A DNA stretch of 64,000 nt, from positions 2,529 through 66,528 of the IMG/VR virus record IMGVR_UViG_2859180793_000001. One strand, written 5' to 3'. This DNA is from a virus (lineage: Duplodnaviria > Heunggongvirae > Uroviricota > Caudoviricetes). The translations under genes were made by a program, and so were the position numbers. Positions 16,721 to 26,590 of this stretch are shown piece by piece. Position 1 is the stretch's first letter. Each line of letters opens with the position of its first letter. The notes beneath the pieces are model-generated. The model was given only the letters and a program-made list of their open reading frames with translations, was not told the origin of the DNA and made no database searches.

Positions 16721-17097
16721 CCGAACAGGAAGCCAGCGAACTGACGGGTGTCCATCTGGACATGGCAGTCGCCAAAGCGATGAAGCTGGAGAACGTCAGC
16801 GTGCATGGCGGCCGGCTCTGGATCGGCGGAAAGCGCCCGTTTGATCCGTCGACTCATTGGGGTGATGGCGGTCCGATCATCGAGCGCGAGAAGATCAATC
16901 TCATTGCGGTGGACGAGAGCATCGGCAAGATCGTGTGGGCGGCGGAACAAGGCAGCACGTCTTTTTCCGCCAGCTCCTTCTCGTATGACGGCGAGCCTGT
17001 AATCAACTTCGCCAAGATCAGCGTGGTGTTTGGGCCAACCCCGCTCATCGCAGCCATGCGCTGCTTCGTCATCGCCAAACTTGGCCGGGAGGCATAA
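16717..17097 (+). CDS. hypothetical protein
   Basis: ATGA overlap with sbcD. 126 aa. Sits between sbcD and sbcC. Confidence 0.45.
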   Translation: MTEQEASELTGVHLDMAVAKAMKLENVSVHGGRLWIGGKRPFDPSTHWGDGGPIIEREKINLIAVDESIGKIVWAAEQGSTSFSASSFSYDGEPVINFAKISVVFGPTPLIAAMRCFVIAKLGREA

Positions 17098-19041
17098 ATG
17101 GACTTCAAGACACTGCACATTCGCAACTTCCTCACCATCGGGGAAGCCAAGCTGGACCTGGATAATCGTGGCCTGCTGCTGATCCAGGGTGTGAACAATG
17201 ACGACCCGTCCGCATCTAGCAACGGCGCCGGCAAGTCGTCCATCGTAGACGCGCTGTGTTGGGTGCTCTACGGTGTGACGGCGCGTGACGTGACGGGCGA
17301 CGCCGTGATCAACGAGACGGCCGGCAAGGACTGCCGTGTGACGGTCGTGATCGAAGACGGCGCTGACACCTACGAAATCACGCGCGGCCGCAAGGACAAG
17401 GCGATCAAGAACGCCCTGATCGTCAAGAACCTGACCAGCGGCGCCGACCTCTCGAAGGGCACGGACAAAGAGACGCAGGAGGTGGTGAACACCATCATGG
17501 GCTGCTCGCTGGACGTGTTCTCCGCTGCCGTCTACGCGGGCCAGGAGAAGATGCCGGACTTGCCCGGCATGACCGACAAGCAGTTGAAGCTCCTGATCGA
17601 GGAGGCCGCCGGCGTGGAGGTGCTCTCTGACGCCTACGCCGAAGCCCGAGCCCGCGCGACAGCCGCAGACAATCTGCTCAAGATCGCCAGCTCGGCGGTG
17701 AACGCCCGCAAAGCGCACCTCGCCAACTGCGAGACCGAGCTGGCGAACGCTGAAAGCTCCAAGACGACGTTCGAGAACGAGCGCAAGGACCGCGCTCGCG
17801 CGGAGCTTGAGAAGATCAAGCCGATCGAGGCGGAACTCGTGCGGTTCAAGGCGCTGCTGGACAGCCACCCGCCCCGTGCAGATGTGGAGGCGGGGATTGC
17901 GGAAGTCGACAAGAGTCTTGGCGCCCTGAAGGCCGAGCAGGATCGCGTAATCGCCCTGAATGCGGCTGCGGCTGCCGAGCAGACCGCGCTCACCCGCAAG
18001 AGCGCCGAATTCGCTGCCGTCAAGCGCCGTCTGGACCAGGCAAATGCCGCCCTGGCGGACATTGAGTCGCAGGTGGGCAAGCCATGCGGCGAGTGCGGCA
18101 AGCCGTATTGCGAGCACGACCTCGAAACCGCCAAGCAGGCGCGCGCCAAGAGCATCGAGGAAATCAAGCGCGAACTGTTGCCGATTGCGACCGACCTGCG
18201 CGCATTGCAGGAAAGCGCAAAGCAGCGCGCAGAAGAAGCCGAAACGTTCAAGCAGTCGATGACCGACCCGAGCGCACTGGCTGCAAAGCGACGTGATCTG
18301 ACGACTGTCCTGAACGCGATCGAGTCGACGACGCGGGCCATCGAGAGCAAAGAAGCGGAGCGGCAGCGCATTCGTGACGCGGCGAAAGCCCACCTGACCG
18401 CGCCGAACCCCTGGGACAAGATCGTCTCCGACCGGCGCGATGCCCGCCAGCACTACGAGAACCTCCTGAAGAAGGAAGAGGAGGAGCTGGCCCAGGCCGA
18501 GAAGGCGAAGTCGATCGCCGAATCGGTGGTGCAGGTGTTCGGGCCGGCGGGCGTGCGTGCGCACATCCTCGACACGGTGACGCCGTTCCTGAACGACCAG
18601 ACCGCCGACTACCTGGGCATCCTCTCCGACGGCGTGCTGCACGCCACCTGGAACACGCTGGCCAAGACGGCGAAGGGCGACCTGAAGGAGAAGTTCAACA
18701 TCGAAGTCACCAACGACAAGGGCGGCAAGAGCTTCGCCGGCCAGTCGGGCGGTCAGAAGCGCAAGGTCCGTCTGGCGACGGCGATGGCGCTGCAAGACAT
18801 GGTGGCCAGCCGCGCATCCAAGCCGATCAACCTGTTCGTGGCAGACGAAGTGGACCACGCGCTCGACGAGGCGGGCCTGGAGCGCCTGATGACCGTCATG
18901 GAGCGCAAGGCGCGCGAGCGGGGCACGGTGCTTGTCATCAGCCACAACTCGCTCTCGGACTGGATCGACAACGTGATTACCGCCGAACTGAATGGTGGCA
19001 TCACGACCGTGACAGGAGCAACCGAGCGTGGCGCAGTTTAA
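17098..19041 (+). CDS. sbcC: SbcC/Rad50-like SMC-family ATPase
   Basis: N-terminal Walker A NGAGKSSIVDALCWVLYG. Long coiled-coil with a central CGECGKPYC zinc hook. C-terminal signature QSGGQKRKVRLATAMAL and Walker B LFVADEVD. Confidence 0.75.
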   Translation: MDFKTLHIRNFLTIGEAKLDLDNRGLLLIQGVNNDDPSASSNGAGKSSIVDALCWVLYGVTARDVTGDAVINETAGKDCRVTVVIEDGADTYEITRGRKDKAIKNALIVKNLTSGADLSKGTDKETQEVVNTIMGCSLDVFSAAVYAGQEKMPDLPGMTDKQLKLLIEEAAGVEVLSDAYAEARARATAADNLLKIASSAVNARKAHLANCETELANAESSKTTFENERKDRARAELEKIKPIEAELVRFKALLDSHPPRADVEAGIAEVDKSLGALKAEQDRVIALNAAAAAEQTALTRKSAEFAAVKRRLDQANAALADIESQVGKPCGECGKPYCEHDLETAKQARAKSIEEIKRELLPIATDLRALQESAKQRAEEAETFKQSMTDPSALAAKRRDLTTVLNAIESTTRAIESKEAERQRIRDAAKAHLTAPNPWDKIVSDRRDARQHYENLLKKEEEELAQAEKAKSIAESVVQVFGPAGVRAHILDTVTPFLNDQTADYLGILSDGVLHATWNTLAKTAKGDLKEKFNIEVTNDKGGKSFAGQSGGQKRKVRLATAMALQDMVASRASKPINLFVADEVDHALDEAGLERLMTVMERKARERGTVLVISHNSLSDWIDNVITAELNGGITTVTGATERGAV

Positions 19042-19726
19042 GTCTGGGACGCCGCTGGACCTCATCGGCGACCTGATGAAGCAGCCTTTCGCTGCGCCGA
19101 TGGTGCCGGTCCTGAGCATCAAGCGGCCGACGCGGACCTCGTTCAACGAGGCCATGAATGATTTTCTCAACACGCCTGGCTACAACAGCGCCGACGCCAG
19201 CGCCGCAGGTGGGCACGACGCCTACATGCGGTCGCTGCGCGCCGGGAAAGTGGCCAAGCACTCCACTGAAGAGGACACCATGAAGGAAAAGAAGGAGGTT
19301 GCTGCGCTTGTCAGCGACCTTGAGAAAGAGGCAGTTCAAGGCTACGAGGAGGCGTTCCGCGAGAAGCTGGTGAACTTTGAACTGCCCGAGCCCCTGAAGC
19401 TGACCGTGCGCAATGGCAGCGACTTCAACGTTAAGCCGTTCATTGGCGGGGAGGAGTTCACCCCGGTGCGGGGCTACGTGGGCAAGCGCGGCAAGACCAT
19501 CATCGTCTTCAAGCCTGTCGGAGTGGCCGACTTCGAGGAGATGGAGATGACGGAGGCGGACGCGAAGGCGACGTTCCCCGGTTTCAACCGCTACCTCAAC
19601 GACGCGCTGGGCGAGGTGATGGACAAGATCCAGGAGGCCCGCGAGGAGGTCAAGGCACAGGAGCGGGCGGAGGAGATCCGCTCGAAGGCAGAAACCTACG
19701 CCGAACAAGGCTTTGGGAGCTGGTGA
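19028..19726 (+). CDS. hypothetical protein (ends ...GFGSW)
   Basis: GTG start overlaps the sbcC end by 14 nt. Start is uncertain. Confidence 0.45.
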   Translation: MAQFKSGTPLDLIGDLMKQPFAAPMVPVLSIKRPTRTSFNEAMNDFLNTPGYNSADASAAGGHDAYMRSLRAGKVAKHSTEEDTMKEKKEVAALVSDLEKEAVQGYEEAFREKLVNFELPEPLKLTVRNGSDFNVKPFIGGEEFTPVRGYVGKRGKTIIVFKPVGVADFEEMEMTEADAKATFPGFNRYLNDALGEVMDKIQEAREEVKAQERAEEIRSKAETYAEQGFGSW

Positions 19727-19917
19727 TGCAAGCGCTCAAGAAGTGGTGGGGCGGTGCCCCGACGTGGCAGAAGCTGCTGACAGGCTGCCTGGTCTGCGTC
19801 TGGACCGGCGGCGCGCTCATCACGCTGGACTGTAAGGGCGGCCTGCTGTTCTCGACGCTCTGCACCGCCGTTGTGCTGGGCTTTGCGGCGCTCATGAACG
19901 CAGTAAGCAACTCGTAG
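19723..19917 (+). CDS. small membrane protein
   Basis: TGATG overlap with the upstream gene. Two hydrophobic segments. Confidence 0.4.
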   Translation: MMQALKKWWGGAPTWQKLLTGCLVCVWTGGALITLDCKGGLLFSTLCTAVVLGFAALMNAVSNS

Positions 19918-19928
19918 GAACGACAACC

Positions 19929-20507
19929 ATGAAACTGAAGCTGCTGGGGCTCGACCCCTCGCTGTCCAACTTCGGCATCGCCAAGATGACGTTGGACCTG
20001 ACCGACATGTCTTTGGACCTGGACGACTTGGTGCTGGTGAAGACCGAGCCCGAGCAGGACAAAAAGAAGAAGAAGGCTGTGCGCCAGAACTCGCTGGACC
20101 TGGAGAGGGGCCGCATCCTGCACGACGCGCTCATCGTGCACGCGCAAGGCTTCCAGATCGCGGTGGCCGAAGTGCCGGTCGGATCGCAGTCGGCGCGGGC
20201 TATGGCGTCCTACGGTGTCTGCATCGGCGTGCTCGCGGCGTGTCCCATCCCGATGATTCAGGTGACGCCCTCCGAAGTGAAGATGGCCGGCTTCGGGGTA
20301 AAGACCGCCACGAAGGACGAAATGATCGAGTGGGCCTTGCAGACTTACCCGGCTGGCCCTTGGCTGACCCGCAAGACGCAGGGCCAACTGGTGCCGATCG
20401 CCGCGAACGAGCACCTGGCTGACGCGGTGGCGGCCGTCCACGCCGGCATTCTGACCGACCAGTTCCGTCAAGCCACTGCGCTCATGCGCGGGCTGAAGGC
20501 CGCGTAA
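19929..20507 (+). CDS. ruvC: RuvC-like Holliday junction resolvase
   Basis: LLGLDPSLSNFGIAKM resembles RuvC ILGIDPGSRxTGyGV. Acidic catalytic residues present. 192 aa. Confidence 0.6.
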   Translation: MKLKLLGLDPSLSNFGIAKMTLDLTDMSLDLDDLVLVKTEPEQDKKKKKAVRQNSLDLERGRILHDALIVHAQGFQIAVAEVPVGSQSARAMASYGVCIGVLAACPIPMIQVTPSEVKMAGFGVKTATKDEMIEWALQTYPAGPWLTRKTQGQLVPIAANEHLADAVAAVHAGILTDQFRQATALMRGLKAA

Positions 20508-20532
20508 GCGGTTTTCCTGACCGGTCAATATA

Positions 20533-20551
20533 AGTCAGCACTGACAATAAT
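20533..20551 (+). promoter_or_regulatory. palindromic promoter-like element AGTCAGCACTGACA+ATAAT
   Basis: Flanked by the 10-mers TGACCGGTCA (20518..20527) and TGACTGGTCA (20552..20561). Confidence 0.5.
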
Positions 20552-20587
20552 TGACTGGTCAGCAATGCAAACAAACGGGAAGCAGTT

Positions 20588-21061
20588 ATGGCGAAGTCGC
20601 GCCTCCTTGAGCGTGTCAAGGAATACACCTTCACGGATGACTTCCATTTTTTCGGGGAGCGCTCTGCGCGTGAGCATCGCGAGTTGGAAAGGGCTAGAGT
20701 CGCCATCCGTCAGGACACGGCAGATGAGTGCCTGCACTGCACGCATGCCAAGTGGAATGTTGAGAAGCACCACCGAGCGTCCGACTTGACGCTCATTACC
20801 CGCGTGAGCGCCCGCTGTGGTGTTGCGCGGTGTGTCGAGGACATTCCGGCCATGCCGCCTACGCTTTCCCCCGCCTACCCCGAAACGTTCACTTTGGCGT
20901 CGGTCGCCAAAGAGACATGCTGGAAAGAGGTGGAGCTGAAGGGCGACCACTACGAGTCATGGGCCAACCAGAAGCGCGAGGCAATGTCGCTGATGAAGGA
21001 ATACAAAGCCCACGTCGCAAGCAAGGATACGCCGAAGACCATGCAGGAGGATGCCTGGTAG
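20588..21061 (+). CDS. hypothetical protein (ends ...QEDAW)
   Basis: 157 aa. Cys/His-rich segment CLHCTHAKW..C..C. Confidence 0.45.
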   Translation: MAKSRLLERVKEYTFTDDFHFFGERSAREHRELERARVAIRQDTADECLHCTHAKWNVEKHHRASDLTLITRVSARCGVARCVEDIPAMPPTLSPAYPETFTLASVAKETCWKEVELKGDHYESWANQKREAMSLMKEYKAHVASKDTPKTMQEDAW

Positions 21062-21078
21062 CTTTCATATAGAACAAC

Positions 21079-21098
21079 AGTCAAAACTGACTTACACT
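21079..21098 (+). promoter_or_regulatory. palindromic promoter-like element AGTCAAAACTGACT+TACACT
   Basis: Upstream of nrdA. Confidence 0.55.
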
Positions 21099-21141
21099 CC
21101 GTTCCCCCTATTTCACCCCACCCAACTTTGCAAGGAATGCA

Positions 21142-23478
21142 ATGCAAGTAATCAAGCGAGACGGCACCAGTGAGCCGTTCGACGCCACCAAGATTGACCG
21201 CTTGACCGAATACGCCACGCGCGGCCTGAAGGTCGACGTTGCCGCCCTCAAGCGCGAGACGAAGCTCCTGATTTTCGACGGCATGTCCACGAAGGACATT
21301 TTCGATGCCCAGGTGAAGGCTGCCGCCGGCCGTATCTCCGTTGAAGAGCAGGACGCGACCTTTGTGGCCGCTCGCTTCCTCCTGTCGCGCCTGTATAAGG
21401 ACGTGACCGGCGGCATCCACTACCCGACGCTGCGTGACTACCTGTTGGAAGCCGTGTCGGAAGAGCGCGTCAGCCCGCTGCTGATGGGCGGGACCGCCTT
21501 CGACTTGGACGTGCTCAACTCGATGATCCGCCCCGAGCGCGACCTCCAGTTCACCTACTTGGGCCTGCAAACGGTGGTGGACCGCTACCTCATCCGTCGT
21601 CAGGAGAAGGCCGGTGTGGCGGTGGCCCCGATCATCGAGCTGCCGCAGCATTTCTTCATGCGTGTGGCGATGGGCCTGGCGCTGGCCGAGAAGCCCGAAA
21701 TGCGCACCTACTGGGCGTGCCAGTTCTACGAAGTCCTGTCGTCGTTCGACTTCATGTCCTCGACGCCCACGCTGTTCAACTCCGGCACGCTGCACTCGCA
21801 GCTGTCCTCGTGCTACCTGAACACGGTGGCCGACCAAATCGCTGCCGACCCCGACGAGCATCCGTTCGCCTCGATCTACGGCACGATCCAGGAGTGCGCG
21901 CTGCTGTCGAAGTTCGCCGGCGGCATCGGCACCGACTGGACCCGCGTGCGCAGCGAGGGCGACCCGATCAAGAGCACCAACGGCAAGTCGAGCGGCATCG
22001 TCCCCTACATCAAGGTCTGGAACGACACGGCCGTGGCGGTCAACCAGGGCGGCAAGCGCAACGGCGCCTTTGCAGCCTACTTGGAAAGCTGGCACCCCGA
22101 CCTGTATGCCTTCCTGGAGCTGAAGAAGAACTCGGGCGACGACCGCCGCCGCGCACACGACATTTTCCCCGCCAACTGGATTCCCGACCTGCTGATGGAG
22201 CGCGTGGAGCAGGGCGGCATGTGGAGCTTCTTCTCGCCGGCCGAATACCCGGAACTGCACGACCTGTATGGCGATGCCTTCAAGGTCCGCTATGAGACGC
22301 TGGAGGCGGAGGGCAAGTATCGCTTCCAGGAACCGGCCATCGAGGTTTGGAAGAAGATGCTCGGCTTCCTGTTCGAGACGGGCCACCCCTGGATCACCTT
22401 CAAGGACGAGTGCAACCGCCGCAACCCGCAGCAGCACGTCGGCGTGATCCACAACTCGAACCTCTGCACGGAAATCACCCTGAACACGTCCGACGATGAG
22501 ACGGCGGTGTGCAACCTGGGCTCTATCAACCTGGCCCGCCACGTTGACGCCTCGCACCCGAGCGGCCTGAACGTGGACAAGCTGTTCAACACGGTGACGG
22601 TGGCCATGCGCATGCTGGACAACGTGATCGACATTAACTTCTACCCGTCCGATCGGGCGCGCAATGCCAACCTGCGCCACCGTCCGGTGGGCCTGGGCAT
22701 CATGGGCTACGCAGAGTGGCTGGTGGCGCAGGGCATCGCCTGGGAGTCGACCGAGCACCTGCTCAAGGCCGACCGCATGATGGAAACGGTGTCCTACTTC
22801 GCCATCGGCGCGTCGGTGAAGCTGGCTGCCGAGCGTGGTGCCTACGAGTCGTTCAAGGGCAGCCTGTGGGATCAGGGCATTCTGCCGATCGACACGGCCC
22901 GCAAGATCGGCACGCTGCTGCACGGCGAAGCTGAGTCCACGCTGGACTGGGACAAGATGGCTGCGCTGATCGCCAAGCACGGCATGCGCAACAGCAACTG
23001 CATGGCGATCGCACCGACCGCGACCATCTCGAACATCGTGGGCACGACGCCGACCATCGAGCCGGTCTTCCAGCGCGAGTATGAGGAGGGCAACCTGTCG
23101 GGCTCCTTCAAGGTGATCGACCCGTGCCTCAAGTATGGCCGGCCGGAACTGTGCGTCGAGTCCTACGACATTGACCAGACGTGGCTCGTCAAGGCGGCCG
23201 CGCTGCGCCAGAAGTGGATCGACCAGGCGCAGTCCCTGAACCTGTTCGCGAAGGAAGGCACGAAGGGCCGCCAGCTGTCGGAGCTGTATCTGATGGCCTG
23301 GCGCCTGGGCTGCAAGACGACCTACTACCTGCGCAGCCAGTCTTCGGACCTGGCCAAGCAGCGAGCGAAGTCGGCCAAGAAGGCGGCAGCCGCAGCAGCG
23401 GCTGCACCCGTCGATGCGATGGAGTCGGAAGTGAACCTGTGCTCCATCGACAACCCGAACTGCGAAAGCTGCCAGTAA
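21142..23478 (+). CDS. nrdA: ribonucleoside-diphosphate reductase class I alpha subunit
   Basis: 778 aa. ATP-cone N-terminus. Catalytic NLCTEI segment. C-terminal redox tail CESCQ. Confidence 0.9.
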   Translation: MQVIKRDGTSEPFDATKIDRLTEYATRGLKVDVAALKRETKLLIFDGMSTKDIFDAQVKAAAGRISVEEQDATFVAARFLLSRLYKDVTGGIHYPTLRDYLLEAVSEERVSPLLMGGTAFDLDVLNSMIRPERDLQFTYLGLQTVVDRYLIRRQEKAGVAVAPIIELPQHFFMRVAMGLALAEKPEMRTYWACQFYEVLSSFDFMSSTPTLFNSGTLHSQLSSCYLNTVADQIAADPDEHPFASIYGTIQECALLSKFAGGIGTDWTRVRSEGDPIKSTNGKSSGIVPYIKVWNDTAVAVNQGGKRNGAFAAYLESWHPDLYAFLELKKNSGDDRRRAHDIFPANWIPDLLMERVEQGGMWSFFSPAEYPELHDLYGDAFKVRYETLEAEGKYRFQEPAIEVWKKMLGFLFETGHPWITFKDECNRRNPQQHVGVIHNSNLCTEITLNTSDDETAVCNLGSINLARHVDASHPSGLNVDKLFNTVTVAMRMLDNVIDINFYPSDRARNANLRHRPVGLGIMGYAEWLVAQGIAWESTEHLLKADRMMETVSYFAIGASVKLAAERGAYESFKGSLWDQGILPIDTARKIGTLLHGEAESTLDWDKMAALIAKHGMRNSNCMAIAPTATISNIVGTTPTIEPVFQREYEEGNLSGSFKVIDPCLKYGRPELCVESYDIDQTWLVKAAALRQKWIDQAQSLNLFAKEGTKGRQLSELYLMAWRLGCKTTYYLRSQSSDLAKQRAKSAKKAAAAAAAAPVDAMESEVNLCSIDNPNCESCQ

Positions 23479-23483
23479 TCAAC

Positions 23484-23497
23484 AGTCAACATTGACA
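23484..23497 (+). promoter_or_regulatory. palindromic element AGTCAACATTGACA
   Basis: Immediately after the nrdA stop, followed by a GNRA hairpin. Confidence 0.45.
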
Positions 23498-23500
23498 ATC

Positions 23501-23520
23501 GACGGGGCGAAAGCCCCGTC
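23501..23520 (+). other. 8-bp stem GAAA-tetraloop hairpin (GACGGGGC-gaaa-GCCCCGTC)
   Basis: No trailing U-tract. Lies between nrdA and the next ORF. Confidence 0.5.
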
Positions 23521-23534
23521 ACTGGAGACCTGAC

Positions 23535-23819
23535 GTGAGCAACGTCCTTGCTTTTCCCAACCGCCGCGTGGCGCCCGTCGAGTCGATCGAGGAGCCAGAA
23601 GCCACCTCTGTCGAACCGATCGAAGCCTTGCCGGTAAGGGAGCCCGACGCAGAGCAGGCGACCAGCCCTGTGCCGAAGGTCTTGCTCCCGCTGCCAGTCT
23701 TCGAGCGCATGCTCGGCGCGCTCACCTTCTATGCCCGGGCTGGATTCGATCATGGCCGCGAAGCACGCAGCGCGCTGGGCGAGTTCACCCCGCATCACCA
23801 ACCGCAGGAATCCGCATGA
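23535..23819 (+). CDS. hypothetical protein
   Basis: GTG start with a GGAGA RBS. Overlaps the nrdB start. Confidence 0.4.
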   Translation: MSNVLAFPNRRVAPVESIEEPEATSVEPIEALPVREPDAEQATSPVPKVLLPLPVFERMLGALTFYARAGFDHGREARSALGEFTPHHQPQESA

Positions 23820-24823
23820 CAACCACCGCAGAACGAGTCAACAGCCGGCGCCTCATCGAAGGGCCGTCCGACAAACTGATGGCAATCTCCCCGCTCAAGC
23901 ACGCATGGGCGCGGGACATCCTTCAGGTCATGGAGAACAACACGTGGTTCACGAAGGACGTGGATCTGTCCCGTGACGTGAAGCAATACAAGCAGGGCGT
24001 GCTGACGCCGCGCGAGAAGGAAGCCTATGACGGTGCGCTGGCCTTCCTCTCGAACCTGGACGGCTTCCAGCTGCACAACATCACGGACAACATCGCCAAG
24101 CACGTCACCTCGCCCGAAGTGAAAATGTGTCTGGTGCGCCAGGCGTGGGAAGAAGCGCTGCACGTTGAAGCCTATTCGACGCTTGCAGAAGCAATCTGCG
24201 CTGACCCGATGGAGGTCTACATGCGCTTTGAGCGCGACGGTGTGCTCGCGGCCAAGAACGAGCACGTGCTGCGCCAGAACGCGATCTTGGACCAGACCTA
24301 CAGTCCGCGCACCTTCGCGTTGTCCACCGTCACCAACGTGGCCCTGGAAGGCATTTACTTCTTCTCGGGCTTCCTGATTTTCTACACGCTCGCCAAGAAC
24401 GGGAAGATGCTCGGCTCGGCGGACATGATCGCCTACATCCAGCGAGACGAAGAGGGCACGCACCTGGAGCTGTTCAAGCACATGTTGCAGACCCTGCAAG
24501 TCGAGAACCCTGAAATCTTTGATGCTGGCTTCTACGAGGATGCGCGCGAGTTGCTGCGTGGCGCAGTGGAGCTGGAGACCACGTGGGGCAAGCACCTGAT
24601 CGGCGGCGGCATTCTGGGTCTCACCGACCCGATCATGGAAGGCTTTGTGCAGTGGCGGGCCAACGAGTGCTGCGCGCAGTTGGGCTTCGAGCCGCTCTAT
24701 CCCGGTGTGAAGAACCCGGTGCCCTGGTTCCAGGACATTTCGCGGGTGAATGGACGAAAGAAGAACTTCTTCGAAAGCAAGGTGACGGACTACTCCGTCG
24801 GTGGCGCTCTCGAATGGGAATGA
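23816..24823 (+). CDS. nrdB: ribonucleoside-diphosphate reductase class I beta subunit
   Basis: 335 aa. Ferritin-like diiron ligands (EEALHVEAYS; EGIYFFSGF; DEEGTHLE). Confidence 0.9.
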   Translation: MTTTAERVNSRRLIEGPSDKLMAISPLKHAWARDILQVMENNTWFTKDVDLSRDVKQYKQGVLTPREKEAYDGALAFLSNLDGFQLHNITDNIAKHVTSPEVKMCLVRQAWEEALHVEAYSTLAEAICADPMEVYMRFERDGVLAAKNEHVLRQNAILDQTYSPRTFALSTVTNVALEGIYFFSGFLIFYTLAKNGKMLGSADMIAYIQRDEEGTHLELFKHMLQTLQVENPEIFDAGFYEDARELLRGAVELETTWGKHLIGGGILGLTDPIMEGFVQWRANECCAQLGFEPLYPGVKNPVPWFQDISRVNGRKKNFFESKVTDYSVGGALEWE

Positions 24824-24854
24824 TTTTGTTCCCGCTCTAATATAAGTCACAACT

Positions 24855-24873
24855 GACTATAATTAGACTGTCG
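24855..24873 (+). promoter_or_regulatory. palindromic promoter-like element AGTCACAACTGACT+TATAAT
   Basis: Perfect -10-like box, about 50 nt upstream of the lipoprotein gene. Confidence 0.55.
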
Positions 24874-24924
24874 AAAGTGATGCAATCCCCGGTCGAAGTT
24901 GACCGGGGCTCAACAGGAGAATCC

Positions 24925-25500
24925 ATGAAAAAGCACAAACGAATCTTCACAGTTGGCCTGGCCATTGGCGTTGCGCTCGCGTTCGCAGGCTGCGGCCGCA
25001 CCGAGCAGGTCGCACAGATTCCGCAGCCGCAGGTCGTGCAGCAAGCCGCACCGGCAGCCGCTGGCCAACCAGTCATCGTCAACGCCGCGCCTGCGCAGAG
25101 CGGTGGCGGCATGGGCGACATGCTGATGGGTGGCGCGATCGGCTATCTGCTGGGCTCCAGCGGCAACCGCAGCGCCCCGGTCCACGAAGAGCGCCGCGTC
25201 ACCAATGTGACGAACGTGACCAAGCACTACCACGTCACCGAAGCGCCGAAGCCGGCTGCACCGGCAGCGCAAGCGGCCACGCCAGCAGCAACGCCCGCAC
25301 CGGCGCCGGCCAAGCCCGCCTACGCGCCGACCTACGCGAACAAGCCGGCAGCGCCGACCGCCAGCTACAGCCCGAGCTACGCGAGCAAGTCGAGCACCAG
25401 CTCCAGTTCGTCCAGCTCCTCTTGGAGTCGCCCGAGCAGTTCGTCCTACTCGTCGATGAGTCGCAGCAGTTCCAGCAGTTTCAGCAGCGGTCGCCGATGA
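24925..25500 (+). CDS. lipoprotein (Pro/Ala/Ser-rich)
   Basis: Start ATG with a CAGGAGA RBS. Signal peptide plus lipobox LAFAGC. Low-complexity C-terminal half. Confidence 0.55.
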   Translation: MKKHKRIFTVGLAIGVALAFAGCGRTEQVAQIPQPQVVQQAAPAAAGQPVIVNAAPAQSGGGMGDMLMGGAIGYLLGSSGNRSAPVHEERRVTNVTNVTKHYHVTEAPKPAAPAAQAATPAATPAPAPAKPAYAPTYANKPAAPTASYSPSYASKSSTSSSSSSSSWSRPSSSSYSSMSRSSSSSFSSGRR

Positions 25501-25706
25501 GCGAAGGAGGGCGCAAGCCCTTCCTGACAGAAAAGCCGGTTGGCGACAGCCGTTTTCTCTGTCAGTGCAGTGTGGAGAGGTCACATACGCTCCTGCGCAG
25601 ATAAAGCAGGGTCGGGGCAGCGCGACGGCACGGCAACAGGGTGCGCGGTCGTAGACCAGCCGGTATCGAAGCCGGCCACTGACGCTAATTCCAAAAGGGA
25701 GATCAC

Positions 25707-26543
25707 ATGATCCAAGCCAAAGTCATTGAGGACAGCATTGCCGCGCACGGCAAGCGCCTGACCACCCTCCAGCTCGTCTACCCGCGCTTCATCCATGCGG
25801 AATTCATGACGCACCGGGTGTTCAGCCGCAACGCCAGCAGCAGCCGCGCCATTCCGATCGCCAAGATGATCGAGCAGGTGCTCAACAGCCCCGCCATGCC
25901 GGTGCATTGGGGCAAGAACCAGCCAGGCATGCAGGCTAAAGAGCAGGTGAGCGACGAAACGGCCACCACCGCAGCGGCCAACTGGGTTCGAGCCGCGCAC
26001 GATGCAGCCCAACGCGCCTACGTTCTGATGGACCTGGGCATTCACAAGCAGGTCGTCAATCGCATCCTGGAACCGTTTCAGCACATCCATGTGGTCGTCA
26101 CCGCGAGCGAGTGGGACAACTTCATGGAGCTGCGCGCCCACGAGGATGCCCAGCCGGAGATCCACGAGCTGGCGGTCCAGATTCGCGCCGCGATGACCTC
26201 CTCGACCCCTGTCCTGCGCCTTCGCAACCGTCAAAGCGCCTACAACTGGCACCTGCCGTATGTGAGTGCGGAGGAGCGACATGCTCGACGGGATGAGCCG
26301 TATCTGCTGGCGAAGTTGTCGACGGCACGCTGCGCGCGCGTGTCCTACCTTACGCACGACGGCGCAGAGCCTTCGATTGTGAAGGATCTGGAACTGTTTG
26401 ACCGCCTGGTCGGCGCGCGCCCGCTCCATGCATCGCCCACCGAGCACCAAGCCTATCCGCTGCCGCTGAGCACGCAGTCCTCCAAGAACTTCTTCGGCTG
26501 GCGGCAACACCGCGAGCTGATCGAATCCACCGTGCTGGCCTGA
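25707..26543 (+). CDS. thyX: ThyX-family flavin-dependent thymidylate synthase homologue (variant motif)
   Basis: HAEFMTHRVFSRNASSSRAI fits the ThyX HxExxRHRxFSxxxxSxR motif, but the first Arg is replaced by Thr. 278 aa. Confidence 0.7.
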   Translation: MIQAKVIEDSIAAHGKRLTTLQLVYPRFIHAEFMTHRVFSRNASSSRAIPIAKMIEQVLNSPAMPVHWGKNQPGMQAKEQVSDETATTAAANWVRAAHDAAQRAYVLMDLGIHKQVVNRILEPFQHIHVVVTASEWDNFMELRAHEDAQPEIHELAVQIRAAMTSSTPVLRLRNRQSAYNWHLPYVSAEERHARRDEPYLLAKLSTARCARVSYLTHDGAEPSIVKDLELFDRLVGARPLHASPTEHQAYPLPLSTQSSKNFFGWRQHRELIESTVLA

Positions 26544-26559
26544 TATGGCCACTCAACGT

Positions 26560-26580
26560 AGTCAACCCTGACTTTTTATA
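26560..26580 (+). promoter_or_regulatory. palindromic promoter-like element AGTCAACCCTGACT+TTTTATA
   Basis: Upstream of 26591. Confidence 0.5.
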
Positions 26581-26590
26581 GGAGTAGGAA

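Noticed and set aside
16633-19173. 846-aa minus-strand ORF
   Set aside because: Antisense to sbcC (Walker motifs and zinc hook on the plus strand).
20950-22980. 676-aa minus-strand ORF
   Set aside because: Antisense to nrdA.
23816-24823. Possibility that the nrdA-nrdB intergenic ORF 23535..23819 is NrdI or a glutaredoxin
   Set aside because: No flavodoxin-like or CxxC motifs. Kept as hypothetical.
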